Shown here piece after piece: positions 30,803-42,900 of a stretch of DNA of 64,000 nt. The DNA is taken from assembly GCA_000004985.1 (NCBI GenBank), contig GG738845.1. One strand, written 5' to 3'. Origin of the DNA: Naegleria gruberi (Eukaryota). The translations under genes were made by a program, and so were the position numbers. Numbering within the stretch: position 1 is the stretch's first letter; each line of letters begins with the position of its first letter. The notes below the pieces were generated by a model. That model was not told where the DNA came from, did not search any database, and worked only from the letters and a program-made list of their open reading frames with translations.

Positions 30803-32296
30803 ATGGATACAACAGTACAACAAGATGTTGCTTCCATAATAGCAGCTTCAAATTGTAGTGGTGTTGGAGGTAATGTACAACAAGTAGGATCATCCTCAAA
30901 CAAACCCAAGACCAGAAGAGGAAGACCACCAAAGGCACAACAGAAAACAGCTTCCGTTGTATCCTCAAGTCACCTACACAATGTTTTAGAATTTAAACAA
31001 ACATATTCAAGATTGCTCCGAAAACAACAAGAAATTATGGAACAAAAAAGACCAAAATCTCTATTGGATACCAGTTTAATGTCGATCAATGATTTAATGA
31101 ATGACCTCAGTGATGACGAAGAAGATATTAGCAGTGGAACAAATCAACAACCTGTTGCAGGTAGTGAAAATTTTAATAATTTAATGGAAGAGGATGAATT
31201 GGAAGATATGATGTCAACAACAGCCACACGAACAAATAATAATAATTTATTGATAATACCTCCAGAAAAACAATCACTTAGGGATTTGCTTCAATTCAAA
31301 GATTTAGCTATCAAAAAACCAGAGCAAATAATAGAGGAAGCAATACGAAAAGAATTAAAACGAACCAGAGGAATGGAGGATGAAATAGATATGGATGTAC
31401 CAAATGATGTAAGAAAAGTAATTGATTTTTCTAGAATACCCAAATTTACAACAATTCTGGAAGAGATGGGAGAAAGTACCGAAGGAACTAGCCAACAATG
31501 TGTCTATAGTATTACAGAAGAAGCTAAAGTAGAGAATGGGTATTTTTTACCAAAGAGGAACGAAAACTTTATTGCACCTACAGAAGAAGCTAATTATTTT
31601 GGAAAATACCACAAAGAGAAGAATGAAAAAGTACCATTGGATGAAGTAGTTCTACAAGTGGCCATTTATCACCCTATTAGAAATACTAAAGTTCAAGAGT
31701 TTATGGTTCTGGGAAGCCAAAAACTTACAGAACTAAGGGATTGTATAGATTGTATATCTAATACTGTTTTTGGAGATGTCAATAATTATTTCACATCATC
31801 AGCCTATTTATTTATTGAGAATATATTTTACAATGATAGAAGAATTGCAAATAATATTGATTACAGTGAAAATATTATTGAGTGGATGAAAACTTTTGAA
31901 GATGGCTCCACATCAAAAGCACATGTATTTTCCTCATTGAAAATGGAGGATGTTTCTTTTTATGATTTATCAATAAGGTTAAACGAGCCTTATATTTATT
32001 GTCATCATGGAAACTGTATGCATTATATTGTTTTTACAGAGATGAGAATATTTAACGAGAAGAAAGATGTTAATAACCTATATGCCTACCCTGTCAGATG
32101 TTTCCAGGCAAAGCCAAAGAGAAGGAAATGTGGTGTATGTGAAATTTATCAAGCCAAATGGGTAACATTTAGAGACAAGTTCACATCAGATGATCCCTCA
32201 TTCTTTTGTGATTCATGTTACAGACAATTTCACTATGACCATGATGGTACACTATTATATAATGATTTTAATGTATTTAAATATTATTGCGAGTAA
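30803..32296 (+). CDS. snRNA-activating protein complex subunit 3 (SNAPC3/SNAP50)-like
   Basis: The first ATG in the 30608 ORF frame is at 30803 ('MDTTVQQDV...'). The N-terminus has an AT-hook ('KTRRGRPPK'). The C-terminal zinc-finger region 'RKCGVCEIYQAKWVTFRDKFTSDDPSFFCDSCYRQFHYDHDG' matches the SNAP50 signature (human 'C.VC..Y.A.WVT.ND.F..EDP.FFCDVCFRMLHYD'). Confidence 0.65.
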   Translation: MDTTVQQDVASIIAASNCSGVGGNVQQVGSSSNKPKTRRGRPPKAQQKTASVVSSSHLHNVLEFKQTYSRLLRKQQEIMEQKRPKSLLDTSLMSINDLMNDLSDDEEDISSGTNQQPVAGSENFNNLMEEDELEDMMSTTATRTNNNNLLIIPPEKQSLRDLLQFKDLAIKKPEQIIEEAIRKELKRTRGMEDEIDMDVPNDVRKVIDFSRIPKFTTILEEMGESTEGTSQQCVYSITEEAKVENGYFLPKRNENFIAPTEEANYFGKYHKEKNEKVPLDEVVLQVAIYHPIRNTKVQEFMVLGSQKLTELRDCIDCISNTVFGDVNNYFTSSAYLFIENIFYNDRRIANNIDYSENIIEWMKTFEDGSTSKAHVFSSLKMEDVSFYDLSIRLNEPYIYCHHGNCMHYIVFTEMRIFNEKKDVNNLYAYPVRCFQAKPKRRKCGVCEIYQAKWVTFRDKFTSDDPSFFCDSCYRQFHYDHDGTLLYNDFNVFKYYCE

Positions 32297-32325
32297 AATT
32301 TATTAAATAATTTCTTAATTAAAAA

Positions 32326-33621
32326 ATGAAGCAACAAGATGAAACAAACATCACACCACCACGAGAAACTAGAGAAATCACTACTCGGATAGAACAATTA
32401 TCTAATCAAATATTGAAAGAGAAAAAAATATGTAATTTTGAAGACTTGAAAAAACAATATCAGTCCCTTCCTAGACTTTCTAAAAAACAGTTTGAACAAT
32501 TACCAAAAGAACAACGACAAGAATATATTAAAGTGTTGGAAACCATTACTAGCAAACTTTCTGCTAACATTTTATCTATTAATCAAGACATTGAATTTTT
32601 ATTAAAGGAGAGTCAACATTCAAATCAAGATTTATCATTTATCACATTACAAGCCATGCAAATTGCGATTGATAAGAGAAAATTGATTGAAAGGGAAAGA
32701 TTTGATAAAATTAGATCAGAATTGGAGCTGAAAAAACCTTTGGATGTGCTTTTTAAACGAATTAATTTCAAATTGAAATGCTATAAAATGGAGAAAGATT
32801 TTTTATTAATGGAGATGGAAAAGAAACATTTCAAAGAAAATCAAATGAAAAAATTTGAAGTAATTCCTTTCATATCGAATAATTTTTCTACTTATGTGTG
32901 GATTAAAATGATTGTTTTTTTGAAATATTATGACGATGATTGGTTAGACCTTTGTGATACTCGAATTTTATTAGAAAATGGGAATTACTTGAGTGAGGCA
33001 AATTGCGTTTTCATAAATTACAAACTCGAGGAATGTCTACTATTCTTAATATGCAATGGAAATGAAAAGGAATATGGAAATATTAAAAGAAGCGAATATG
33101 GAATAGATATGGAAATGGAAGGTTTGAGAAAAAAAACAGCAGAACAAGAAAATAGAATCTCTCTATTTAATAAGAATTTACAAGATAATTGGAGCAGTTT
33201 AACTGACTTGGAAAAAATTAAATTATACTTAAGAGAGAACGCTAGACAAGATTATGCTGAAATTTTAAAGAAAGCCAAAATTCTGGGATTGGAAGATGAG
33301 GAAATAATTGAGCTATTCATTGAAAAAGGGTACGAGCTTTTTTTACCCTCATTCAAGCCTGAAACATTCAGATCAAATATTCCTTTTGCTACTCTGGATC
33401 CCATTCTTGAAAATGGATTCCACAATCAAAGTTTGAAATTAGCAAAGAAATGGAACGTTCCAGAGGTAATTATTACTGAGCTGTACAAAAATAAGGCAGA
33501 CATGGAAAAGAGTATTGTGCATTTATTAGATATATCACACTTTAAGGTTATGTTCTATTCTGAATTGAATATTGAAAGAAGCATGGGATCAACAATTCTA
33601 ACCCCACTACCAAAATTGTAA
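32326..33621 (+). CDS. Hypothetical protein (431 aa), K/E-rich, no recognised domain
   Basis: Long ORF with ATG at 32326. The composition is coding-like. Its stop lies 3 nt from the stop of the convergent downstream gene. Confidence 0.45.
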   Translation: MKQQDETNITPPRETREITTRIEQLSNQILKEKKICNFEDLKKQYQSLPRLSKKQFEQLPKEQRQEYIKVLETITSKLSANILSINQDIEFLLKESQHSNQDLSFITLQAMQIAIDKRKLIERERFDKIRSELELKKPLDVLFKRINFKLKCYKMEKDFLLMEMEKKHFKENQMKKFEVIPFISNNFSTYVWIKMIVFLKYYDDDWLDLCDTRILLENGNYLSEANCVFINYKLEECLLFLICNGNEKEYGNIKRSEYGIDMEMEGLRKKTAEQENRISLFNKNLQDNWSSLTDLEKIKLYLRENARQDYAEILKKAKILGLEDEEIIELFIEKGYELFLPSFKPETFRSNIPFATLDPILENGFHNQSLKLAKKWNVPEVIITELYKNKADMEKSIVHLLDISHFKVMFYSELNIERSMGSTILTPLPKL

Positions 33622-33624
33622 AGT

Positions 33625-34551
33625 CTAAATAGTCATAGAAATGGAGCATTTTGAACAATTCAAACCAGAGAGTGTCTTACTCAACTCTTGAGTCTTTTCA
33701 GCAGTTTTTTCGAACTTTACCTCCAAAGCGCTTGCCATTCCATCCTCCTCTGCCAGTCTCTCTCGTATTACCAACAATTTGGATTTTTCCTCCAAGAAGG
33801 ATGAGACCACATTTTGTGATACTTGATCTGAAAAGTTTGCTTCTACCAACAAGGAATAGTCAATATTCATATCTTGCTCAGTGCGAGCAGCCACTTTTTC
33901 TGCACATTGTCTTAACTCTCCTGATAGCAGATCTAATTCCATCTTTTTTTGCTCAATCAGGTCAGCCTTGGAAGAAAGCACAACATCAAAGTCTGCCTCT
34001 TCTTTTTCCATGCAAGAGATAGAGCTGGATAACCTTTCTAATTCCTCAATTGGTTCAAATTTCTTTTTCAATTCTTCCCTTCTTTTCAATTCTGTGAACT
34101 TCTTCTTTAAAGTTTCTACTTGCTTGATGACATTTCCCAAAGAATTCTCCTTGATCTTTGCTGCAAACCTAATATTGATTTCATAAATTTTTGTTGCCAC
34201 TTCTCCTCTAATACCCTCTACTTCTCCTTTTCTTTGCTCTAGTTGATTTTGCATATGTCTGAGTCTCTTTTCCGAGTTATCTACAAATACAGAATTACTT
34301 ACCAGCTTTGATTCCTTCAATAAGAGTTTGACATCATTATTTTGTTGTCTTGTTCCATCCAAATTTACATCAAATTGGAAGATTGATTCACACAAGGCTT
34401 GATTCCTTTTCTCCAATTCGTCCATCTCTATCAATACTCTCTCTTTAGCTCTTGAGGATTCATGATGATTACATCTTTCTTGTTCTATCTTTTCCTCTTC
34501 TCTTTTATTTAGGCTTTCCAGCTCTTGTATTTGTTGTATGATATGTTCCAT
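33625..34551 (-). CDS. Coiled-coil protein (308 aa), unknown function
   Basis: ORF with ATG at 34551. It has heptad-rich E/K/L content ('IEQERCNHHESSRAKERVLIEMDELEKRNQAL'). Confidence 0.45.
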   Translation of the reverse strand: MEHIIQQIQELESLNKREEEKIEQERCNHHESSRAKERVLIEMDELEKRNQALCESIFQFDVNLDGTRQQNNDVKLLLKESKLVSNSVFVDNSEKRLRHMQNQLEQRKGEVEGIRGEVATKIYEINIRFAAKIKENSLGNVIKQVETLKKKFTELKRREELKKKFEPIEELERLSSSISCMEKEEADFDVVLSSKADLIEQKKMELDLLSGELRQCAEKVAARTEQDMNIDYSLLVEANFSDQVSQNVVSSFLEEKSKLLVIRERLAEEDGMASALEVKFEKTAEKTQELSKTLSGLNCSKCSISMTI

Positions 34552-34630
34552 TTTGATGTTATTGAGGTTGACTAAAGTTGTTTTTTTTTGATTTATTTTT
34601 AAATTGTTTGAGGCAATTTATTCGAAGGCT

Positions 34631-37600
34631 TTAAATGATGATTATATTTTGAATTTCATATTTGATAAATTTGGTTACGGAAAGAGCAATTTCTGAATAC
34701 ACATAGCTTGGATAAACCTTTTCGAAATTTACAACTATTAGAGTTTCATTATTTTCCCTCTTCAACTCAATATTGAATCCTACTGTACTAGCACTCAAGG
34801 TTGATTGCACTAAATCTACATACTTGATGAGAGATTGAGCAAGATTTTGGTTACTGATATCAAGTACTTCGAAATTCATTGGAATTATCAACTTTTTAGT
34901 GAACGGATTATAGTTATAATTATTAGTTGATTTTTCTTGTGGAGATTGTTGGTATTGTTCATTCTTTAGTGTGACTGGATTAAAGGAGGCCAGCAAAGAC
35001 ATCAATGAACCGGCGCTATTAGTATTTGTTTTTGTCATGTTTGTGATGGCTGCTGCAGAACTAGCAACACTTTTACCAATTTCTAGTCCAACATGAACAA
35101 GTAAACTAGGAAGCCAAAAGAATGGCAAATTCTTGTCCTTGAATCGTAATACTTGGGCTTCAATAGCTAATTCTAAAGAATTGGAAAGAGCTGATTTAGA
35201 AATAAATTGACCATTGTGCATTAGATCAATATCTTCGACCCATAAAAGAAATCCTTCAAAAAATCTAATTATATGGCTTACTGGATCAAAATTGACTTGC
35301 TCTGATTTCCAATCATTCACATAATTGAAAGTGGCTGTAAAATTATCCAAATTACATTTACAGAAAATATAACTATAAACAGTAGTGACATCATCAGCAC
35401 CAACTTGGAAATCTTCACATTTCTTTTCCAATTCAGGAGTCCACCATGCTTCCTTTGAAAGGTTTTGCAACTTATCCAAATCAAAAACTTCATTTGTAGC
35501 TGTATAGTTGATATATGCTTCTCTTCTTTTGTGAGCTCTTCTGTATTTTTTAATTGTTTTGATTGTACTAGATCTAACTTTGGATAATGTTTCTATTTTA
35601 GCTATTACAGACTTGGCATGTTTGATTTGATCCAATATTTTGATGGTTTGTTCGTAGGGAACATCACTAAAATTACCTTCATAAAATAATGGATTCATAT
35701 CGGATGGAGGAAGTGGCACATATTCTGGAGGTATTCCAAACATTTCAGTGGTGCTACCTTGGAGAGATCTTATTCTTTGATTCATTAATAAATCTCTATC
35801 ACGATAGTGATAATTATATAATTCAAAAACTGTTGAAAACTTTACCATGATTATAAAAAAAATTAAAATAATAAAACATACTAGTTTCTCATGAACAATA
35901 TTGGACGTGAGGTTTTTGCAAAGTGGATAAAATTCCTTTTCAATCTCTATGAGTAATTGTTCATTTTGATTGTCACTTGCCGATCCTAAAGCAGGAGAAA
36001 AAACATCTCTCATGAAAAAATCCCATATAATCTTATCGCTTAAAAACATAATAAAGCTCTTAATATCATCAATAGCATGATAAATCAGTGTAGCTTGATA
36101 TTTTCTAATTGATGCCTTTGCTGAGCTTGAATTATTTGCAAAGTAGTAGGTTCCACAAAAAATGCTAATGAAAAATGAAATAAAATTAGATATGAATTTG
36201 AAGTTTGGGTCTGAGGTTGAGGAAGAAATATCAGAAAAAGTACCAGTTAACAATTGACCGACTATTGCAGTAAAATTATTTCTGACTATATCAAATTGTT
36301 TCCTTGGGTTTGAGGAACCCAATAATTCCAGTTTTGAAGATGATTTGCTCATAAACTTCTTGGCCAGAGCATGTCTTTCTTTTCTCCAATCCTCTTTGTA
36401 CATTACAATATATTGAGTCCATTTCAAGTCAGAAGCAGGCTTTACACACTCGGGATCATACATACTCATGGCTAATTCGTCCATATGACCCATATTTTCA
36501 TATAATTTGATAGATTCTTGTATTTGTGATTCTAACATGTGCAAATTGGTGAGATGTACGTTTTTACATGTTCCCTTGTAATATGTACAACCTTCTACTT
36601 TACTATCCCCATACCAAAATCCTTCTAGGATATCTCCATTAGGTAAGTATAGTTTGCCCTTTCCTTTTCTTTGACCTTTTTTATACATTCCTTGGAAATA
36701 AGTACCATCCTTATAGTGATAGGTACCAAAGTAATGATACATATCATGTTTCCAACCGCCACAATATCTTTCTCCTATACTAGGGTAAATTTCAACTCCA
36801 AATCCATACTTTTGATTATGTTTAAACGATCCAAAATATTTTGTGTTTGTCACACTACAATACAATTCTCCTTCTTGGGTTCTTTCAAAATCTATTTTAA
36901 TAGTCAATAAATAAATGAAATATGTAACATACCATCCAATGTCAGCATAGTTTTTCCTACACTTTTTGTTTTAAGTCTGACGTATCCCCAATATTCCATT
37001 TCTTCACCATCATATGAAATTTTCCATGGAATCTCTCCGGATGGTACATCATTTTTCCACTGTCCAATTGCAATAGTGTCAGGTTTTTTTAGTGTTGAAG
37101 ATGGGAAAATCATTTTGCCAAAGCCATGTTTTTTTCCTCTATCAAAATCACCTTCATAAATTGTCTTGTTAGGATAAAGTAATTCACCTCTACCATGTAA
37201 TTCATTAGTGGAAGGCAAGACTGTTCCGACATAACGAAACTCTTTTCCTTCTTCATCTGTAAACTTGAATGATTTGTAAATTGGAACTTCATTATCAACA
37301 ATGTTTGTTATCGAGTTCAAAATCTTAGACTTGCTGATAGACTTAGTAAGAGGTGGCTTTTTTACTTCAGTCTTGTCAGAGTTTGAATCAACACTAACAG
37401 TTCGTTTGTGTCTTACAGGTGTTTTTACAGTTTCTATGGCTTTAGCTGGCTCGTTATAGGCAGATCCATGTATTTTTGTTGTCATACCAGTGTTTGTTTC
37501 AATATTGTAAACAGTTTCATCTAAACTCATTCTTCTATCAACTTCAGAGTTTGATGCTGGAATTATTACTGATGATGTCGGTTCAATGAATTGATCCAAC

Positions 37601-38361
37601 ATTGAAGCTAAACTTCTTGCGCTCATAGGAGTTCCTGGCGTAGGTTTTGGAATAATTTGATGAAGATTAATGGTCAAATCGCCATTTGCTCTAATAGATT
37701 TCCTAAAAGGAGGAATACGAAGAGAGGAAGGAGAATCGTCTTGTTGATCCTCTTGTTCACCAAAATTTGTTGTAGCAAGTTTCATTGCATGTTTTGTAGC
37801 TGTTGTAGAAGTTAGGGAATCTCTTCTATTTGTTCGTGGAGTGGTTACTTCCTCTTCTTCATCACTTTCCGAATCAAAATAATTAATAGATTCCAAAGTA
37901 CTAATTGTGTTTGTTGTATCATTCAAGTTTTGCTCATTCGGTATTGAATCAATAAGAGAAGAAAGAGAATTATGTCTATGATGATGTGATGATAAGTGTA
38001 ACATAGTAGATCCTCTTTCTGTTAGTAGAATATGAGAAGCTGCTGATGGAGAATCCTTGTTGAGTGCAAGTGAAATTCTTCGTTTTAGATCGTTTGGTGT
38101 TGGTGAATCCAAATTGGGTCCAATAATTGGGCTAATAATTCCTGTCGGAGAAGCTAACCGTGAAGGTGTTGTTGTGGAAGTGAGTGCCGAAGAGTCAATA
38201 TCATTATGTGATGTGTTATTATACAACCTTGTAGAAGGAGAGGTAGATGCTATTGTATTGAGTGGGGTAGGTGTATTAGGAACAGAGCTGGATGAGTCAT
38301 TTAAATTAAAACTCTGTTCTTTTTTAGCATCGGAAGAAGAGCTAAAAAACCGTTTAAACAT
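34631..38361 (-). CDS. MORN-repeat protein with a possible VPS9-like region (ALS2/alsin-like architecture); two exons
   Basis: Exon 1 is 38361..36933 and exon 2 is 36891..34631 on the minus strand. The intron is 36932..36892 (gtatgt...aaatag). The join 'TMLTLD|DFERTQEGELY' is in frame. The product has an S/T/N-rich N-terminus and then at least 6 MORN repeats ('YEGDFDRGKKHGFGKMIF', 'YFGSFKHNQKYGFGVEIY', 'YCGGWKHDMYHYFGTYHY', 'YFQGMYKKGQRKGKGKLYL'). After these comes a roughly 600-aa helical region with 'LLGSSNP...' segments that could be VPS9-like. Confidence 0.55.
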
Positions 38362-38671
38362 TTTTTTAATTATTTAATCTATTATTATTATTAATACTTG
38401 GCGAGAGAATGATTGAGTGTTATTTCACTTTCAAATAAAATAATTCATTACAAAGATTGGTTAAATTCTCTCCATTGTCAAAATCTTTGAAATCTTTAAT
38501 AACGTCCAACACATTCCAAACATTATGATAAACAAAGTCACAATATTCTGGTATTAAAAACCAATTTTCCGTTTTCAACCTTGTCTGATTGATAATTAAC
38601 AGTGTTTGATGTTCTCCTTTGCGCCAAAAATTTCCCTCCCTTTTTCTATTTAAAAATAATTTCTAAATAAA

Positions 38672-39477
38672 ATGCCAAAACCTAAAAGCTCAACTGCCCT
38701 TACTCAACTTAACGTTCTTGATGAAGTTAAGGAAGAGAAGGCCATCGATCGGATTTTAAAAATTATTGATAATGCACCTAGTTTAGGATACATAAACAAA
38801 ACGCAATTCTATACAATGGTTCACTTTTTGGAAAAGGAAGCTTCTGTAAAGGATAAGCAGCTAAAACTAAAAGTGGAGGAAACAAAAGCATGCAGAGAAA
38901 TAATACAAAAATTAAAGAACAATTTAAAACAAAATGAAACTGACATTAAAATGATTAATAATAACAGATCGAGGATTCAAATTGCGATAGAAATGTTAAA
39001 AGTAAAAACAGAAGAAATACGGAGGGAAAGCGACGTTGTCATGGAATCAATTCTTGATTATCGTAGAGTAAGTGTTTGAATATCAAACAGTATGACAAAA
39101 GCAAATATTAGAATATTTTGGATTTGGAAAACTATTCAAAACAACAAGCAGAATTTATCAAGGAAACTCAAAAAGAGACTAAAAATTATATTAAAACCAA
39201 TCAAGAACTTGATCAAATTAAGAATACAGCACTAAAGGAACGATTCATCAAGGCAGTAAGTTGAATTATTTTCTCTAACCTAATTGTTTCAAAGAATGAA
39301 AAGGAAAAGTCCCTCAACAGATTTCTAAGACATATCACAATAGTGAGAAAGAACCTAACGCATGACCCTTATCAATTCTTTGGCTCCGATCAATCGGAAA
39401 GAGATGACATTGTTTTTGGTAATAATTTTGGAGCTAATGCAAAGGAAAAATTCAAGAGAAGGAATTCTGTCTATTGA
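38672..39477 (+). CDS. Small coiled-coil protein (about 241 aa), three exons, unknown function
   Basis: Exons are 38672..39067, 39112..39255 and 39295..39477, with 44-nt and 39-nt GT-AG introns (both gtaagt). The spliced product continues in frame: '...ESILDYRR|NILDLENYSKQQAEFIKE...RFIKA|NEKEKSLNRF...KRRNSVY*'. Confidence 0.45.
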
Positions 39478-39974
39478 TCAATATTATATTCTTCAAATTA
39501 TAGACCAACTTCACTCTTCAATGTGATTTGTAATTGAAATTAAAGAACGAGATACTCTACAACTCAGGTTTTAATTTTTCATAAGGTTGGAATACGAAGA
39601 AAAGCAATTCTTTTTTCAGAACTTGTAAAGTCAGGCAATTCCCGCCAGTTCTTGTTTATTAATTCTAAAAAAAAATTTCCAACAACACAATTTGCACCTG
39701 CCTGGCTGGTAAACTATCAACCAATTTGTTATTAAACAAGAGGAGGAAAATTCATCAACAATACACCAATTAAAAAAACAATAGTTGTGTGGTCCATCAA
39801 TAATTTAACATCATCCAAAGGCCACTAAACAGCAGGATACTTTTTCAAAAATTCTACCATAGTATTCATCATTATTATTTGGTGTAAAATTTTCTTGCAA
39901 AAAAACAGATCGGATCTTGCACGCTAATTTTACATAGTAAAAATATAACAAGTTTTATCAGTAAATATTAGAAA

Positions 39975-42900
39975 ATGATGTCCCAAGAAGATCTTGCTCG
40001 TTTTGAAACACTTTGTCAATCTATTTACGGACAAAAGGAGGAAGCAAGAAAGGATGCTGAAAGACAACTTTTCATGTTCCAAAAATTAGAAAGCTATCCT
40101 AAGTTGGTGCTAATCTTTGATAAGAGCAAAGACCCACATGCTTTATTCTTTGCATCCCAACAAATAACCAAGCTATTGACAAGTCATTGGAATAGTTTTT
40201 CTAATGATAAAAAGACAGATCTTCGTAAGTTAACATTTTATTCTAAAATTATTAACTGGTTTAAAGGAAATTATCTTTTGAATTATTTAGCTAGTTGTGG
40301 GTTTGAACTTCCAAAGTTTGTATCTTCTGATTTATTTAAACTTGTTGGTAGATTGACCAAATTAGGATGGTTGGAAGACCAACAGAATCGTGATCTACCA
40401 GAATTAATTAAGAAGTACTTTATTACTGTTGCAAACCCTCAACTTTCTGTTGTTGGTATTAGGATTCTCGGAAATATTATTGAAGAAATGAATACACTCA
40501 CTACAAGAAAAAGCTTGACACAACATCGTAAAATTGCTGTTTCATTCAGAGATTTAGCTTTGAGAGGAATTTTTGAAACTGCCATTTTTACTTTGAAAGA
40601 CGTTTTAAGAGCTCTTGGAGGTGGAGGTTTAAATATTGGGGTTATGAATAATAATAAGGCAGCAAACGAAGCACTTTGTCAAGAGGCTTTAGAACTTTCA
40701 TTAAGTTGTTTAAAGTTTGATTTTGTTGGTATATTCCCTGATGAATCTTCAGAAGACATAGGCACTATTCAAATACCTGCTGCTTGGAGACCTCTGTTCG
40801 AAGAATCTGACACCTTAGAATTATTTTGGAATTTATATACTACATTAACAAATGCCAAGTTAAGGAAGGACGTTCTGCAAATTCTTGTTTTATTGTGCAG
40901 TGTAAGGCGATCACTCTTTACAGGAGATGATGAACGAAAACAATTTTTATCCAAGTTTTTTGAGGGAATGTGTACTATCTTACAATCACGATATGGTCTT
41001 GACGATCAAGATACCTACCATGAGTTTTGTAGACTTTTAGCGCGTATCAAGTCAAATTTCCAACTTAATGAATTTGTTGCATGCAAAGGTTATGTACAGT
41101 GGCTAGATTTATGTGCCAATTTTTCAATTGAAAGTTTCACCTCTCTTGAGTGGTCGAATCAATCAGTTTATTATATTTTAAATTTATGGTCAAGACTTGT
41201 TGCTTCAAAGCCTTACTTAAAGTCTGAAAATGAAAGTTATCTAGAAAAATACGTACCAGAAATATGTAAAAAGTATACAATTTCCAGATTAGAATATGCT
41301 AGACTTTGTGCACATGATGAATGTGATGACAACCCATTAGACCACAAAGAAAATTTAGATGAGCAATTAGATGCTATACCCCAACTTGTTCATTTTGATT
41401 ACAAAACAGCTGGACAACATTTAACCGATCTTTTCGACCCTGTTTTGCAGTTATACTTGGAATCTGTTAACAATAAGGTACATATGAAAAATTTGAACGA
41501 ACTAGAACAAAAATTGACATGGCTCACTTACATAGTTGGTTCTGTTATTGGTAAAAGATATGTTAGCTCGCTATCTGTTGATGAAGCTGAACTATTGGAC
41601 GGCACATTATCTGCCAGAATTTTGAGATTAATTCCTTTAATAGATATTAGAATTAAGAATTATTCATTTTCTAACCATCTTAAAGATGAATCATTACAAC
41701 ATCTGGAATATGCTTTGTTATATTTTATGAAAAATTTTAAGAAATCATACCTTGGTGATTCATCAACCTCTGTTGGTAATGGTAACAATCCAAAGATTTT
41801 TGTACGACTAGCCGAACTTTTAAATATTGGTGAACAACTTCAGGTATTGAATATTTTTATTGGAAAGATAGCAAGTAATTTGAAAGTATGGGCTAAAGTT
41901 GATAATATAGTTACTGAAACTATGGGACTCTTTGATGAAATAGCTTCAGGCTACAATAGTGCTAAACTGGCATCAAAGCTTGAAACAACTCAATATCTTT
42001 TGTTGAATCATGGTCCTGAAAATTTCCCATTTTTGAATGAAATTACAAATCTTAGACAAAGAACAGCTTTTTACAAGACGCTATGTAAACTCCTTTTTTT
42101 ACAAAATTATACAGAAGATGATTTTACATCATTTATCAAACCATTGGAATCAGTTAGTGACAGATTAAACTCTATAGATAATCCAGAAATTTTCAAACAG
42201 GAAGGTGTTAAAAACGCTCTAATAGGATGGTGTCGTGACCTTCGAGGAATAGTATTTGGTTGTAATAATAAGAGAACTTATACATTCTTTTTTGAATGGT
42301 TTTTTGACAAGTACAGTGGAATTTTGGAAAAGGCTGCTCAAGTCTGGTATGCTGATCAATTTGTTATGAATTCATTGTTGAAATTTTTAGCAGATTTTGT
42401 ATTGAACAAGAATCAAAGAATTGCTTTTAGTTATAGCTCACCTCATGGTATTTTAATATTCAAAAAGACAAGCTCTATTTTGACAAACTATGGTCAAAGA
42501 CTCCATAACGTGCCAATCAAAAAGGAAGCGTACGCTGAAAAATATAAGGGTATTTGCACTAGTATGAATATTTTATCCAGATGTTTGGCTGGTAAATATT
42601 GTAACTTTGGCGTTTTTGATTTGTACAAAGATCCTGCCCTCAATGAAGTTTTGAATACTGTTATTCGTCTTGCACTTAGTATTCCATACTCGGATATAAT
42701 GGCATATCCAAAATTATGCAGAGCATACTATGGATTGATGGAAACCCTTTTCCAAGAACATACCCATACAATTATTAGATTTGAAACATCCATTTTCTTA
42801 CAAATATTGAGCTCTCTTGAAGAAGGTGTTTCCATTGAAGAATTGAGCTTATCTTCTCAAGTTTGTGCTGCTTTGGATAACCTTTTTACTTTTTATTATA

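Noticed and set aside
39478-39974. The roughly 500-bp intergenic region upstream of XPO7, examined as a possible snRNA or other ncRNA locus
   Set aside because: No match to the conserved cores of U6, U4, U5 or U2, and no tRNA-like cloverleaf could be found by eye. It is most likely promoter and UTR sequence.
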